Virus record (IMG/VR): IMGVR_UViG_3300038429_000202
Location: 1-62,260 of that record
Length of the DNA: 62,260 bases
Direction: 5' to 3' (one strand)
From: a virus
Lineage: Duplodnaviria > Caudoviricetes
Shown: in pieces, positions 35,465 to 45,245 of the stretch
Numbering within the stretch: the stretch's first letter is position 1
Layout of the letters: every line of letters starts with the position of its first letter
Position numbers and translations under genes: made by a program
The notes under the pieces: generated by a model
What the model was told of the DNA's origin: nothing
What the model saw: the letters and a program-made list of their open reading frames with translations, nothing else
Database searches by the model: none

Positions 35465-35571
35465 CGTTTCACGGGCCTGTCATGCTGCTCCGTATGCCCA
35501 TGGTTCGTCAAGCCCTTTTTGAAAACTCGTAATTTTTTCATTTTCCCCCTTTACATTTTCTAACACCGCCG

Positions 35572-35584
35572 TATACATTGCATC
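35572..35584. promoter_or_regulatory. Operator ATACA-W-TG(T/C)AT (copy 3) at the early/replication operon promoter
   Basis: TATACATTGCATC downstream of TTTACA. Confidence 0.5.
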
Positions 35585-35605
35585 GTCAACCAAAGGGGAA
35601 ACATC

Positions 35606-35764
35606 ATGGATAAAGAAACATATCTCGGCGACGGCCTTTACGCTTCGTTTGATGGCTGGCAGGTTCGCCTGCGCGCGCCGCGTGAAGAAGGCGACCACGT
35701 AGTTTACCTGGAACCCGCAGTTGTTGAAGAGCTGCAGAAATTCATTGACGGGTTGGGCAAATGA
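35606..35764 (+). CDS. Small phage protein (52 aa, MDKETYLGDGLYASFDG...)
   Basis: Manual translation; AAGGGGAA RBS; ATGA overlap. Confidence 0.7.
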   Translation: MDKETYLGDGLYASFDGWQVRLRAPREEGDHVVYLEPAVVEELQKFIDGLGK

Positions 35765-35946
35765 TCCCCCACTCCGATCCCGAACGTAGCCAGCAGCTCG
35801 ACATGCAGAAATTGCGCATGGATCAGTGCTGGCGCCGCGGCGAGATCGGCAACGCCACTTACCTCCGCAGCCTGTTCGTCATGGGCTATTCGTCGGCCGA
35901 TGCCGTGACCGAACTCAACCTTTTGAAGATGGAGAAGCGGGCATGA
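35761..35946 (+). CDS. Hypothetical protein
   Basis: Coupled ORF. Confidence 0.55.
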   Translation: MIPHSDPERSQQLDMQKLRMDQCWRRGEIGNATYLRSLFVMGYSSADAVTELNLLKMEKRA

Positions 35947-36128
35947 AAGCTTTTGCGGGAGTCGAGCGGGGCGAATTCGACATGGTTAAGGTTACTGTGC
36001 TGGACATGGATATTCTTCTAAGCCACGCGCAAAAAGATATCGTGGGGGTTCCAATTTACTTTGATGAGCAGGAGCGCGTCTGGCCCAAACCAGGTTTAGG
36101 TGTTGAAGTGGTGTTTTTGCAGCCATGA
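35943..36128 (+). CDS. Hypothetical protein
   Basis: ATGA overlaps. Confidence 0.5.
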   Translation: MKAFAGVERGEFDMVKVTVLDMDILLSHAQKDIVGVPIYFDEQERVWPKPGLGVEVVFLQP

Positions 36129-36352
36129 AACCCTCCGAACGCGCAAAAGCTTGGCGCCTCAAGCGCGGCCTCGATCTCGAGCAGCTGTCGGAGATGACGG
36201 GATATTCCGTCATAGCGATCCGCAAGCTTGAAGCCGGCATGCGCAACCGCAAAGCGCGTGAGGGTCATAGCGAGTGGGTGCTGCAACGGTATATGATGGC
36301 TTGTGCCGGCGCCGAGGCGCAATTGAAGTCGGGGAGAAAATTCGAGTGGTGA
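36125..36352 (+). CDS. XRE-family HTH regulator
   Basis: WRLKRGLDLEQLSEMTGYSVIAIRKLEAG. Confidence 0.85.
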   Translation: MKPSERAKAWRLKRGLDLEQLSEMTGYSVIAIRKLEAGMRNRKAREGHSEWVLQRYMMACAGAEAQLKSGRKFEW

Positions 36353-36648
36353 CCGCCGGAGCTTTGAAAGTTTGCGAATGTTGTGGGCATCCAATTCCAC
36401 GTTTCAACACTTTGCGGGGACTCACTCGCGGGCAGCAAAAGTTGTTCGACGCGCTCGACAAGGCCGGTCAGCGCGGACTTTCTCGACCCGCGCTGATGGA
36501 TGCCGTGTATGGCGATGATCCCAATGGCGGCCCGCTGTTCGTCAACACGCTCAACGTCCAGCGCGCCAAGATGAAGGACGTGCTGGCCGAGAACGGCCTC
36601 AAGATTGTGACCGCCCCAAACAAGCACTGGCGATTGGAGCCGCTATGA
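36349..36648 (+). CDS. OmpR/CtrA-type winged-helix protein lacking a receiver domain
   Basis: CECCG followed by LTRGQQKLFDAL...LMDAVYG...LNVQRAKMKDVL. Confidence 0.65.
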   Translation: MTAGALKVCECCGHPIPRFNTLRGLTRGQQKLFDALDKAGQRGLSRPALMDAVYGDDPNGGPLFVNTLNVQRAKMKDVLAENGLKIVTAPNKHWRLEPL

Positions 36649-37055
36649 CCGAACTTTCCCAGGACGAACTCACCATTCTGATGATTGCCGCCACCGGCGA
36701 GCCGATGATGCCGATCGGCCGATGGGAGCAGCCGGCGAAGTCGCTGGTCGCCAAGGGTTTGCTTAAGCCGCATCCGCGCGCCGGCGATCCGACTGGTCAT
36801 TTCAACCTTCATATCACGCCGGAAGGCGCCGCTGCGGCCGAGCAAGGTGAGAATGACAGCTATCGCGCGGTGCTGAATGTCGGCGCGACGATTCAGCACG
36901 AGCAGCGCAAGGCGCGCAAGCACGCCGAGCAGATCGCGGTGCAGCTGGTCGACCTCGCCGAGGCTTCGAGCAAGGTCACCGGCGATACCAAGGTCGACGC
37001 GCTTCGCCGTTGGTCCGAGATTATTTTAACCCGAGCCCTGGAGATGACGCGATGA
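36645..37055 (+). CDS. Hypothetical protein (winged-helix-like N-terminus)
   Basis: Coupled ORF. Confidence 0.6.
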   Translation: MTELSQDELTILMIAATGEPMMPIGRWEQPAKSLVAKGLLKPHPRAGDPTGHFNLHITPEGAAAAEQGENDSYRAVLNVGATIQHEQRKARKHAEQIAVQLVDLAEASSKVTGDTKVDALRRWSEIILTRALEMTR

Positions 37056-37261
37056 GAAGTTTTTCGTTTTTCGTTATAGGATTCGCCAGCTGCGCGATGC
37101 TCGACCACTTGATGGTCGTTTCGCACGCAGCCGACCTCGCTGTTCCAAAGCCGAAACCGCCCGAGCGATGCCTGATCACCGGCGAGAACCCGGACCCCGG
37201 CCAGACCCTGCACGTCGACAAGCGCTGCAAGTCCGGATTGCGGTGGGTTTATCAAAAATGA
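37052..37261 (+). CDS. Small exported Cys-pair protein
   Basis: Hydrophobic N-terminus ending SHA|ADL; RCLITG...RCKSG. Confidence 0.5.
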   Translation: MRSFSFFVIGFASCAMLDHLMVVSHAADLAVPKPKPPERCLITGENPDPGQTLHVDKRCKSGLRWVYQK

Positions 37262-37581
37262 TTAATCTTGCCCGCGCACGGAAAGAATTCGGCCCGAAGT
37301 GGCATTATGAAAATGCCATCGGCCGACGCGTCAAGATGCCGGGCTTGACCGATTTGCAAATCGCCGCTCTTGCCTGTGTTCGAGACGATATCGTTACACG
37401 CTACGAACGGCGAGTCGGTTACGAGCGATACATTGCTTACCGAGCGGAAGGTTTCGACGTGACGTGTCAAATGCACGCGCTAAAAAAGCGCCGCCTGATT
37501 TATTTCCGATCAGACGGTTCCAAGTTGTTTCGCCTCTCATCATTCGCCATGGATGTTCTTGCCAGATACCCGGAATACTGA
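37258..37581 (+). CDS. Hypothetical protein
   Basis: Coupled ORF. Confidence 0.5.
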   Translation: MINLARARKEFGPKWHYENAIGRRVKMPGLTDLQIAALACVRDDIVTRYERRVGYERYIAYRAEGFDVTCQMHALKKRRLIYFRSDGSKLFRLSSFAMDVLARYPEY

Positions 37582-37904
37582 TGAGCATCGATGCCCAATT
37601 CTTCGCGGATCATCCGACGCGCCGGGCTCATATCCGCATGCCCGGCGGCCCGGCGATCCAGCGCGACCAGCAGCGCGCCGTCCGGTATCTGAGTGAAAAC
37701 GAACTGGAATTTAGATCGCTCGGCACGCACGATAGAGGCCGACGAAGGATTATCGCTTATCGGCTCCCCGCCAACCACGAGACGCATCCGAATCACATCA
37801 TGAAGATCCCATTTTTGTTGTTCGCAGATGAAACCGTGGAAGATACCGACGAGGTGCTGCTGCCGATCGTGGATGGCATTATGAAACAGGCGCGCAGGCG
37901 ATGA
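37581..37904 (+). CDS. Hypothetical protein
   Basis: MSIDAQFFADHP...; coupled to the polymerase gene. Confidence 0.6.
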   Translation: MSIDAQFFADHPTRRAHIRMPGGPAIQRDQQRAVRYLSENELEFRSLGTHDRGRRRIIAYRLPANHETHPNHIMKIPFLLFADETVEDTDEVLLPIVDGIMKQARRR

Positions 37905-39760
37905 CTCCAGCAGTTTTTGACCTCGAATGTTTTTACGACCCGAAAAATACTCGCGGGGATCCATCACCCTATACGCTAAGCGCCATGACAACAGAAAGTT
38001 TTGTCAGAGATGCGCGGTGGGACATTCACGGAGCTTCTATTAAGTGGTCGGCTTCCACATCTGCTACTTGGTACGATCCACGCGAACTGGCCTACGTTTT
38101 AAAACAACAGGATTGGTCCGAAGTATTTTTAATATCGCACCATAGCAATTTCGATCATTTGGCGCTGTCCCACCACTACGGCGTACATCCCAAACTATCC
38201 GGCTGTACGATGAGCATGGCAAGGCTGATGCTTGGTAATCACATCGGAGTTAGCCTTGACTCGGTGCGCAGTCAGTTTGGTTTTCCGGCCAAAACCACGC
38301 CGTATGGGCTGATGGCTGGGCGCTATTGGCGTGACCTAGATCAATCTACGCGCGATCTGGTTGCGGCCGGTGCCAACGATGAAGTCGAAAGTATCTGGCG
38401 CCTGTTCGGCATCCTAATGCAGCGCGGCTTCCCGGCCGAAGAGCTCGACGTCGTCGACTCAACCATCAAGATGTTCACCTGCCCGGAACTCAAGGGCGAT
38501 GGCGCCATCTTCGCCAAGGTGTGGCAGGATGAAGCGAGCCGAAAGGCTGCCGCCCTCGAACGCCTCGGCGTCAGCGCCAAGGAACTCGGCTCTGACGAAC
38601 GATTCGCCGAGCTGCTGCGCGCCCGCGGCGTCGAACCGGACACCAAGGCCACCGACAAGGGCAACGTCAAGTTCGCCTTTGCTAAGACCGACCCATTCAT
38701 GGAGGAGTTGCAGCAGGATGAAGACGAGGAGATTAGAGCTCTTGCGGAGGCTCGCCTGGGAACGAAGTCTACGCTCTTGCAGACCCGCGCGGAGACCCTG
38801 GGCTGGATGGCAAGTCGGGGATCTCTCTGCGTTTACCTCCGATACGCTGGGGCTCTTACGAGCCGTTGGTCGGGGGGAGACGACACAAATTTTCAAAACT
38901 GGACCAATGGATCGGAAATCAATTCAGCAGTTGTCGCACCTGATGGATGGCTGATCGCCGAACCCGACGCTTCGCAGATCGAGTGCCGCCTGCTCAACTT
39001 CTGCGCCGGCCAGTGGGACAAGGTCGAGGAGTTCAGGTCCGGCGCCGACCCTTACATCGGTGTTGCCAGCAAGTTCTACGGATTTCCCGTCAACAAGAAA
39101 GAGCATCCCGACGAACGCCAGCTTGGCAAGATCGTGGAACTGCAGGCCGGTTACGGTTCCGGCGGCAACAAGATACGCAGTACCGTGCGCGTGAAGTCGA
39201 GCGGCAAGATACTGCTGACTCCGGTCGAGGGCGTGCAGGCGCGCGATGCCTACCGCGACACTCACCCCGCCGTGACTCAATACTGGAAGGAAGCCGAGCG
39301 CGCGATCGAGCGGATGGCGCAATGGCAGTCGTGGGACTGGGGTCCGTTCCGGGTACGGTGCGATCAGGCAGCGGGCAAGCGCCGGATCGTGTTGCCCAAC
39401 GGCATCGAGATAATCTATGATACGCTCAACTTTTTTTCGGATAACGAGACCGGCGACCGCTATTGGCGCTTGAAGACTCGTAAAGGATGGGTCAAGATAT
39501 ACGGCTCCAAGCTGGTCGAGAATATGATCCAGGCCCTGGCGCGTGTTGTCGTATCGCAAGCCATGCTGCGGCTCAAGAAACTCGGTTACCGATGCAAGAA
39601 CACCAAGCACGACTCACTGTGGCTGCTGGTGCCGAAGGACGGACGCCTCGAGGAGCACAAGCGGGTGATCATCGAGGAGATGAGCCGGACGCCGGTATGG
39701 CTGCCCGGTGTGCCGCTGGCGGCGGAATTCAAGGGTATCGGGGAGCGCATGACATGGTGA
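37901..39760 (+). CDS. Family A DNA polymerase with a 3'-5' exonuclease domain
   Basis: ExoI FDLE, ExoII HSNFD, motif A DASQIECR, motif B RQLGKIVELQAGYG, motif C KHDS. Confidence 0.92.
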   Translation: MTPAVFDLECFYDPKNTRGDPSPYTLSAMTTESFVRDARWDIHGASIKWSASTSATWYDPRELAYVLKQQDWSEVFLISHHSNFDHLALSHHYGVHPKLSGCTMSMARLMLGNHIGVSLDSVRSQFGFPAKTTPYGLMAGRYWRDLDQSTRDLVAAGANDEVESIWRLFGILMQRGFPAEELDVVDSTIKMFTCPELKGDGAIFAKVWQDEASRKAAALERLGVSAKELGSDERFAELLRARGVEPDTKATDKGNVKFAFAKTDPFMEELQQDEDEEIRALAEARLGTKSTLLQTRAETLGWMASRGSLCVYLRYAGALTSRWSGGDDTNFQNWTNGSEINSAVVAPDGWLIAEPDASQIECRLLNFCAGQWDKVEEFRSGADPYIGVASKFYGFPVNKKEHPDERQLGKIVELQAGYGSGGNKIRSTVRVKSSGKILLTPVEGVQARDAYRDTHPAVTQYWKEAERAIERMAQWQSWDWGPFRVRCDQAAGKRRIVLPNGIEIIYDTLNFFSDNETGDRYWRLKTRKGWVKIYGSKLVENMIQALARVVVSQAMLRLKKLGYRCKNTKHDSLWLLVPKDGRLEEHKRVIIEEMSRTPVWLPGVPLAAEFKGIGERMTW

Positions 39761-39981
39761 TCGTCCGCCACTCCTTCGCCAACCCGATGTGGTGGTCATA
39801 TCAGTGGGCGCTGGTCTGGTACCACGAGCGAAATGGAGTTCGGTACTGATGTCATGGACAGTCGTAAACGATACGCTCGAACGTATTCATGTTCGCGCTA
39901 TTATCGACCTTAAAACGGAAAATTACGAAATCCGTCAGTTGATCGCCGCGCTCGAGAAGCGCTTAACCAAGGAGAATACCG

Positions 39982-40269
39982 ATGAACGAACACCCGCTTC
40001 CGATGTTTGACGAACCCCCGGTTCAAGCCGAACCGGCACCGCCGAAAAAGCCGAGGCCGAAGCCGACCCGCAAACGGCGGACTCGTAAGGTCGTGAAGGC
40101 TGCTCCTATTAAACGCAGGAAACGCCGTGCTATTAAGGCTAAGCCCGTCGAACAGCATCATGGCGGGCGCTTTACTCGTGAGCAATATCGACTAATTGGC
40201 GATCTTATGCTTTTGACGCAGGAGGAGCGCGAGGTCGTTTTTGAAATAGCATCGGAATTGACCAAATGA
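39982..40269 (+). CDS. Basic (K/R-rich) protein
   Basis: AAGGAG RBS; composition. Confidence 0.6.
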   Translation: MNEHPLPMFDEPPVQAEPAPPKKPRPKPTRKRRTRKVVKAAPIKRRKRRAIKAKPVEQHHGGRFTREQYRLIGDLMLLTQEEREVVFEIASELTK

Positions 40270-40402
40270 CCTTCGGTGCCATGGCCGCGCTGATGATCTT
40301 CCTGCACATGGCGCCGAACATCGCTGGCGCGAGCTGGTCGGTCTACAAGCATCACGACATTACGACCGATCATCCTCACCCCAAGGTTCCGAAGTACCGC
40401 CG

Positions 40403-41140
40403 ATGACCGACACTTTCCCCGACATTCCGGCGTACCTGCGCCGAACCAAGGACAACAAGATGCCGGAATTTGCCCCGAAGCCATTAACGCTGACTTTTAC
40501 GATTCTCAACACTTACGACATTTGCCCGCACCAGATGTACCGGCGCTACATCAAGAAGGATCTGCCGTTCGTTGAAACTCCGGAGATGAAGTGGGGCAAC
40601 GACACGCATACGGCGATGGAGCATCGCATGGGCGGCAAGCCGCTGCCCGTCAACATGCAGCATTGGGAGCCGATCGCAGCTGCCATTGCCGAGCGCAAAC
40701 CGCGCACCGAACAACAACTAGCAATAGACGCATCGGGCAAGCCGACCGACTATTGGAACAAGGTCACGCCGCCGTTCTTTCGCGGCAAGAATGATATCAC
40801 GCTGCTCAACGGCACCAAGGCGCTGTTGTTTGACTGGAAAACTGGCGGCAGCAAGTACGAGAATTCGTTCGAACTTGAAACCAATGCGATGCTGGTTCAC
40901 GCACACAATCCGCATCTGACCGAGATTAGCGGTTCGTTTGTATGGCTGAAGGAAAACCGCGTAGGGCAGGCGCACACGCTGAGCGACACGCGTTCAACCT
41001 TTGCAACGGTGTGTAACAAGGCCGAGGAAATCAGGGATAGGCAAGCGACCAACGATTGGGAGAAACGCAAGAATCCACTCTGCGGTTGGTGCAATTGCTT
41101 CGATTGCGAATTTAACACGAATCCGAAGAAACCGACATGA
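40403..41140 (+). CDS. PD-(D/E)XK exonuclease (Cas4/RecB-like)
   Basis: CPH, DITL...FDWKTG, C-terminal CGWC...C. Confidence 0.85.
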   Translation: MTDTFPDIPAYLRRTKDNKMPEFAPKPLTLTFTILNTYDICPHQMYRRYIKKDLPFVETPEMKWGNDTHTAMEHRMGGKPLPVNMQHWEPIAAAIAERKPRTEQQLAIDASGKPTDYWNKVTPPFFRGKNDITLLNGTKALLFDWKTGGSKYENSFELETNAMLVHAHNPHLTEISGSFVWLKENRVGQAHTLSDTRSTFATVCNKAEEIRDRQATNDWEKRKNPLCGWCNCFDCEFNTNPKKPT

Positions 41141-41429
41141 CGATCAAACGCCGAGAGTCGTTGCGCGCCGAGATGAAGCAGTCTCGCGAGCCAAACTACA
41201 AGGATGGCAAATATTTGCCGGGCTTCGTGCAGAAATGCCGCTGCGGCTTCAACTGGGACGATTGGGTGGGAAATGAGTATTCTTGAACACATTTGGAATA
41301 AAAAATGCGACGCCTGTGACAAACGGAAACCTGACGTAAAAGGCAGAGACGATTGGGCACCCCCGCGACCAATGTGCGATGAATGCTATAATCTTTGGTG
41401 GGAAGCTAACAAAGACGAGCTTGGGTAAA

Positions 41430-41741
41430 ATGAAAACCCCCGAATGGCACGAAAAACAGGAAATAAAAGCGTTCCTTGATACACTCGGCCCCGACCGTTG
41501 TTGGTATTTTATGCCGCTGATGGCAGGCTACGGAAAATCCGGCGTGCCTGATATCATGGGCAGTCTCTGTGGCGCGGCTTTTGGAATCGAGGTTAAGCGG
41601 CCGGGCAAGGCGCCGACGGCGATCCAGGCGCGTCGCATGCGCGAGATCGCGCGAACCAACGGACTGGCTTGGGCTGGTACTGCCGAAGATGTAATTCCAT
41701 TTATTAAAAGCTGGTTGGAAGTTCGCGGGATCGTAGTGTGA
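41430..41741 (+). CDS. VRR-NUC nuclease / Holliday junction resolvase
   Basis: GYGKSGVPDI...FGIEVKRPGKAPTAIQ. Confidence 0.88.
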   Translation: MKTPEWHEKQEIKAFLDTLGPDRCWYFMPLMAGYGKSGVPDIMGSLCGAAFGIEVKRPGKAPTAIQARRMREIARTNGLAWAGTAEDVIPFIKSWLEVRGIVV

Positions 41742-43315
41742 CCTTCTGGCTCCACGGATCCCACGTCATCTATCCGGGCCAGCCCGGCGTGCTCGCGCAG
41801 TACATCCCTGACTTGAAGCCGATCAACGGCTCGTACTTCGCCGTGCCCAAGACGCTGACCAATCTGCAGACACTACGCTGGTACAATTTCGAAGTGCCGG
41901 AAGTCATCAGCGAAGCCAATTACGACTTCCCGATCCAGCCCGGCTTCAAGCCCTTGCCTCACCAGAAGGTGATGGCCAACTTCTCGGTGCTGCATCGTCG
42001 GATGTTCAATCTGTCCGACATGGGCACCATGAAGACGATCTCGACTTTGTGGGCGGCCGACTACCTGATGCAACAACACCCGAAGGGAGAATTCCGTGCC
42101 ATCGTCGTCGCACCGCTTTCCACTCTCGATCGGGTCTGGGCGTCAGCCATCTTCAAGAATTTCCTCGGACGTCGAACGTATGAGATCCTCCACGGCACCC
42201 CTTCTCAGCGTGCTGCTGCACTGGATCGAGAAGCTGATTTTTACATCATCAATTTCGACGGTGTCGGGACTGGAGCTCACACTCGTCGGAGATTTGAAAT
42301 TGACGGTTTTAGTAAAACCCTCATGGAACGATCCGACATCCAGCTTTGCATCATTGATGAAGCGTCAGCTTACAAAGACTCAACTACTTTGCGTCATCGG
42401 ATCGCACGGGACGTGCTTGGTAAGCGGAGTTACCTTTGGCTACTCACCGGTACCCCCACTCCCAACGCTCCCACCGATGCCTACGGACTAGCCAAGATGG
42501 TGAACAACGCATGGGGCAAGTCGAAGACCGGCTTCAAGCTCGACACGATGTATCAGCCGTTTCCAAATTCGTTCAAGTGGCTGCCAAAAAAGGACGGCTA
42601 CGAGAAAGCGGCCAAGCTGTTGTCCCCGTCGATCCGTTACGAGTTGAAGGATATCTGGAACGGTCCCGAATGCGTAACGCAGCAGCGCTCGGTGGAACTC
42701 ACCTTGGAGCAGAAAAAGATGATGGCGGAACTCAAGCGCGACCTGCAGGTCACGCTGAAGTCAGGCGCCGAGATCAGCTCCGTCAACGAAGCCGCTGCAC
42801 GGCAGAAATTCATCCAAATCTCGCTCGGAGCCGTCTACGACTCCGGGCACAAAGCCCACGCCGTCGACGCCAAGCCGCGCATCCACGCCCTGAACGAAAC
42901 CCTCGAGGAGGCGCCCGGCAAGTTCCTCGTCTTTGCGCCCTTCACTTCGGTGGTCAATCTGCTGGCGAAGGAAACAAAACACCGCACCGTCGAAGTGGTC
43001 AACGGCGATGTCAGCCAGAAAGAACGCTCGAAAATATTCGCTGCGTTCCAGGAAGGCGACCTGCAGGGCATCATCGCCGATCCCGGCACCATGGCGCACG
43101 GACTTGACCTATGGATGGCGCGCACCGTGATCTGGTACGGCACTACCGACAAGGCCGAGCTGTACGCGCAGGCCAATCGCCGCGCGCACCGGCCCGGGCA
43201 GAAGTACCCGGTCAACGTGGTGCAACTGGTATCGAACCCGCTGGAGATCGAGATTTTCCGGCGGCTTGAAAATAATTTGTCACTGCAAGGATCGCTGTTG
43301 ACAATGATAAAGTAG
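41738..43315 (+). CDS. SNF2-family helicase
   Basis: PHQ, DMGTMKT, IIDEAS, LTGTP, HGLDL, QANRRAHRPGQ. Confidence 0.92.
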   Translation: MTFWLHGSHVIYPGQPGVLAQYIPDLKPINGSYFAVPKTLTNLQTLRWYNFEVPEVISEANYDFPIQPGFKPLPHQKVMANFSVLHRRMFNLSDMGTMKTISTLWAADYLMQQHPKGEFRAIVVAPLSTLDRVWASAIFKNFLGRRTYEILHGTPSQRAAALDREADFYIINFDGVGTGAHTRRRFEIDGFSKTLMERSDIQLCIIDEASAYKDSTTLRHRIARDVLGKRSYLWLLTGTPTPNAPTDAYGLAKMVNNAWGKSKTGFKLDTMYQPFPNSFKWLPKKDGYEKAAKLLSPSIRYELKDIWNGPECVTQQRSVELTLEQKKMMAELKRDLQVTLKSGAEISSVNEAAARQKFIQISLGAVYDSGHKAHAVDAKPRIHALNETLEEAPGKFLVFAPFTSVVNLLAKETKHRTVEVVNGDVSQKERSKIFAAFQEGDLQGIIADPGTMAHGLDLWMARTVIWYGTTDKAELYAQANRRAHRPGQKYPVNVVQLVSNPLEIEIFRRLENNLSLQGSLLTMIK

Positions 43316-43333
43316 AGTCGTAGAAATTACGAC
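43298..43333 (+). promoter_or_regulatory. Promoter with a palindromic operator
   Basis: TTGACA-N17-TAGAAA; GTCGTA-N5-TACGAC at 43317-43333. Confidence 0.55.
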
Positions 43334-43439
43334 ATTCACTCGGCGAGTCTCATGGAGACAGCCAACTTAACGAACCATCGGAGCCGTCCACGAAACCAGC
43401 CGGGGGAAAGCCCCGGCATCATGGTCTTAGGAAGTATAA

Positions 43440-43910
43440 ATGCCCCCTCGCAAGAAACCAGTCGAACCTGCCGCCGTCCTCCCCGGCCAGATGCCGTTGC
43501 CGTTGAACCACAATTCCGACGTCAGCGACGACGCCCTGATCGCTGAGAACTTCAAGATCGAGGATCTGATCAAGGCGGCGCAGGCCAAATTCAACGAGTG
43601 GGCCGAGCCGCACAAAGCTCGCCTCAAGGAGATCGAGGACACCCTGTTCGCGCGCCTCGCCGAGCGCAAGGCCGACTCGACCAAGACCGACTCCGGCACC
43701 GCCTACATCTCGAACATCATGAATTCGAAGGTCGATAGCGTGCCGACCCTGTTCGATTTCGTAGCCGAGCACTGGGCCGACGTCGGCGACGAGGTCAAGA
43801 TCAACATCCCGATTTCCAAGGTGCGCGAGCACATGGAGAACAACAACGGCATGGTGCCTCCCGGCATGTCCGTCTCTCATTTTTCCCGCTTAAATATCAA
43901 GAGGAGTTAA
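43440..43910 (+). CDS. Replication-module protein
   Basis: Coiled N-terminus, KTDSGTAY, PPG; typical neighbour of SNF2/PolA modules. Confidence 0.7.
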   Translation: MPPRKKPVEPAAVLPGQMPLPLNHNSDVSDDALIAENFKIEDLIKAAQAKFNEWAEPHKARLKEIEDTLFARLAERKADSTKTDSGTAYISNIMNSKVDSVPTLFDFVAEHWADVGDEVKINIPISKVREHMENNNGMVPPGMSVSHFSRLNIKRS

Positions 43911-43913
43911 AAC

Positions 43914-45065
43914 GTGCAGAATCTTCCCGCCCACCTCCAGCAGTACGCCGTCCCCGATCTCGCTTCCACGCTGTCGGCCAATCTCGGCTCAGCGATGCCC
44001 CCGCACGTCTCGATCGGCGGCGGCCGGTTCACCCTGATCGACGCCGGCAACAACGAGATCCCGGTGCCCACGTTCGACCCGGCGATCGGCGTCTACCTGG
44101 ATGCTGCGATCATCGACGTCAATCCGGTGATGAGCCGGGTGTATTTCGCCGGCGCCTACGACCCGCAGGCTGAGGGCTCGCGTCCCGACTGTTTCTCGGA
44201 CAACGGCATCGGCCCGTCGGTGTCGGCCAACTCGCCGCAGGCTCCCACCTGCGCGATTTGCCTGCGCGCCGAGTGGACCAAGATCAACAACAACGGCAAG
44301 AAAGTGCCGTGGTGCTCGCAGAAGCAGAAGGTGGCGCTGCTGATCCCGGGCTTCCAGACCCTGTTCCTGCTGGCGGTGCCGCCGAACTCCCATGGGCCGA
44401 TGCGCGAATATGTCGAGAAGTGCAAGGGCAACGGCGTCAATATCGCCAACCTGATCACCCGCATCTCGTTCGTGCCGGGCGTGCAGGGCACGCTGCAGTT
44501 CCAACCGGTGACCTATATCGACGAGCCGACCGCGCAGCTGCGGCAGGCGGCCTACGCCGAGAAGAAGACCGACGCGCTGGTCGGGCGAAACGACGTGGCG
44601 CGGCCGGCGGGGGCGATCGCGGCTCCCGCAGTACAGGCTTCGCTCCCGGTAGCGACGTCACCCAATGTTGCACAATTGCCTATGGCGGCGCAGCAACCCA
44701 TCCAGCAGGTGCAACCGTCCACCCCTTTCCCCGCTGCGAGTCCTGCGGGCTCGCCTACTTGGCCGACGACCCCCCAATCCCCGGGCTCTGCTGGGCTTGC
44801 TGCGCCGGGCACACCGGCGGCTGACCCTGCCCCCACGCAGCGCAGGCGGCGCCGGACAGCCGCGGAGATGCAGGCCGGTGCTCCGCAGGGTCCGAACGGG
44901 GCGGCTCCCCAGCAGCCCGCGGCGGCCCCGCAGGCCCCCTTCCCGCATTCGGGACAGCAAACCACCGCGGCACCCGTAGGCACCTTCGGCATCACCCAAG
45001 GCCAGCCGGCAGCCGCCAATCCCGAGCTCGCCGGCATGCTCGACAGCTTCTTCAAGCAGGGTTGA
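43914..45065 (+). CDS. Putative ssDNA-binding/annealing protein with a Cys motif and Pro/Ala/Gln tail
   Basis: AGGAG RBS; PDCFSDNG..P...CAIC...WC; function inferred from context. Confidence 0.55.
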   Translation: MQNLPAHLQQYAVPDLASTLSANLGSAMPPHVSIGGGRFTLIDAGNNEIPVPTFDPAIGVYLDAAIIDVNPVMSRVYFAGAYDPQAEGSRPDCFSDNGIGPSVSANSPQAPTCAICLRAEWTKINNNGKKVPWCSQKQKVALLIPGFQTLFLLAVPPNSHGPMREYVEKCKGNGVNIANLITRISFVPGVQGTLQFQPVTYIDEPTAQLRQAAYAEKKTDALVGRNDVARPAGAIAAPAVQASLPVATSPNVAQLPMAAQQPIQQVQPSTPFPAASPAGSPTWPTTPQSPGSAGLAAPGTPAADPAPTQRRRRRTAAEMQAGAPQGPNGAAPQQPAAAPQAPFPHSGQQTTAAPVGTFGITQGQPAAANPELAGMLDSFFKQG

Positions 45066-45068
45066 GCC

Positions 45069-45245
45069 ATGACCCTGCAGAAGCGATTGAAGGCGGTGAT
45101 GCGGCGGCGCAATATGCGGGTGGCGGACCTAGCCCGCCACTTCGGCCGCTCGTACACGACAGTGCGTGAGTGGGTGTTGCATGGCCGGGATCCTGGCGAC
45201 GCCGCGGTGGAGAAGGCGCTTAAAGGATTGGAGAAACGAGCATGA
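45069..45245 (+). CDS. Cro/XRE-like HTH (58 aa)
   Basis: Manual translation MTLQKRLKAVMRRRNMRVADLARHFGRSYTTVREWVLHGRDP... Confidence 0.7.
   Translation: MTLQKRLKAVMRRRNMRVADLARHFGRSYTTVREWVLHGRDPGDAAVEKALKGLEKRA

Noticed and set aside
43370-43426. Hammerhead ribozyme (GAAAC and three-stem appearance)
   Set aside because: The conserved CUGANGA core is absent
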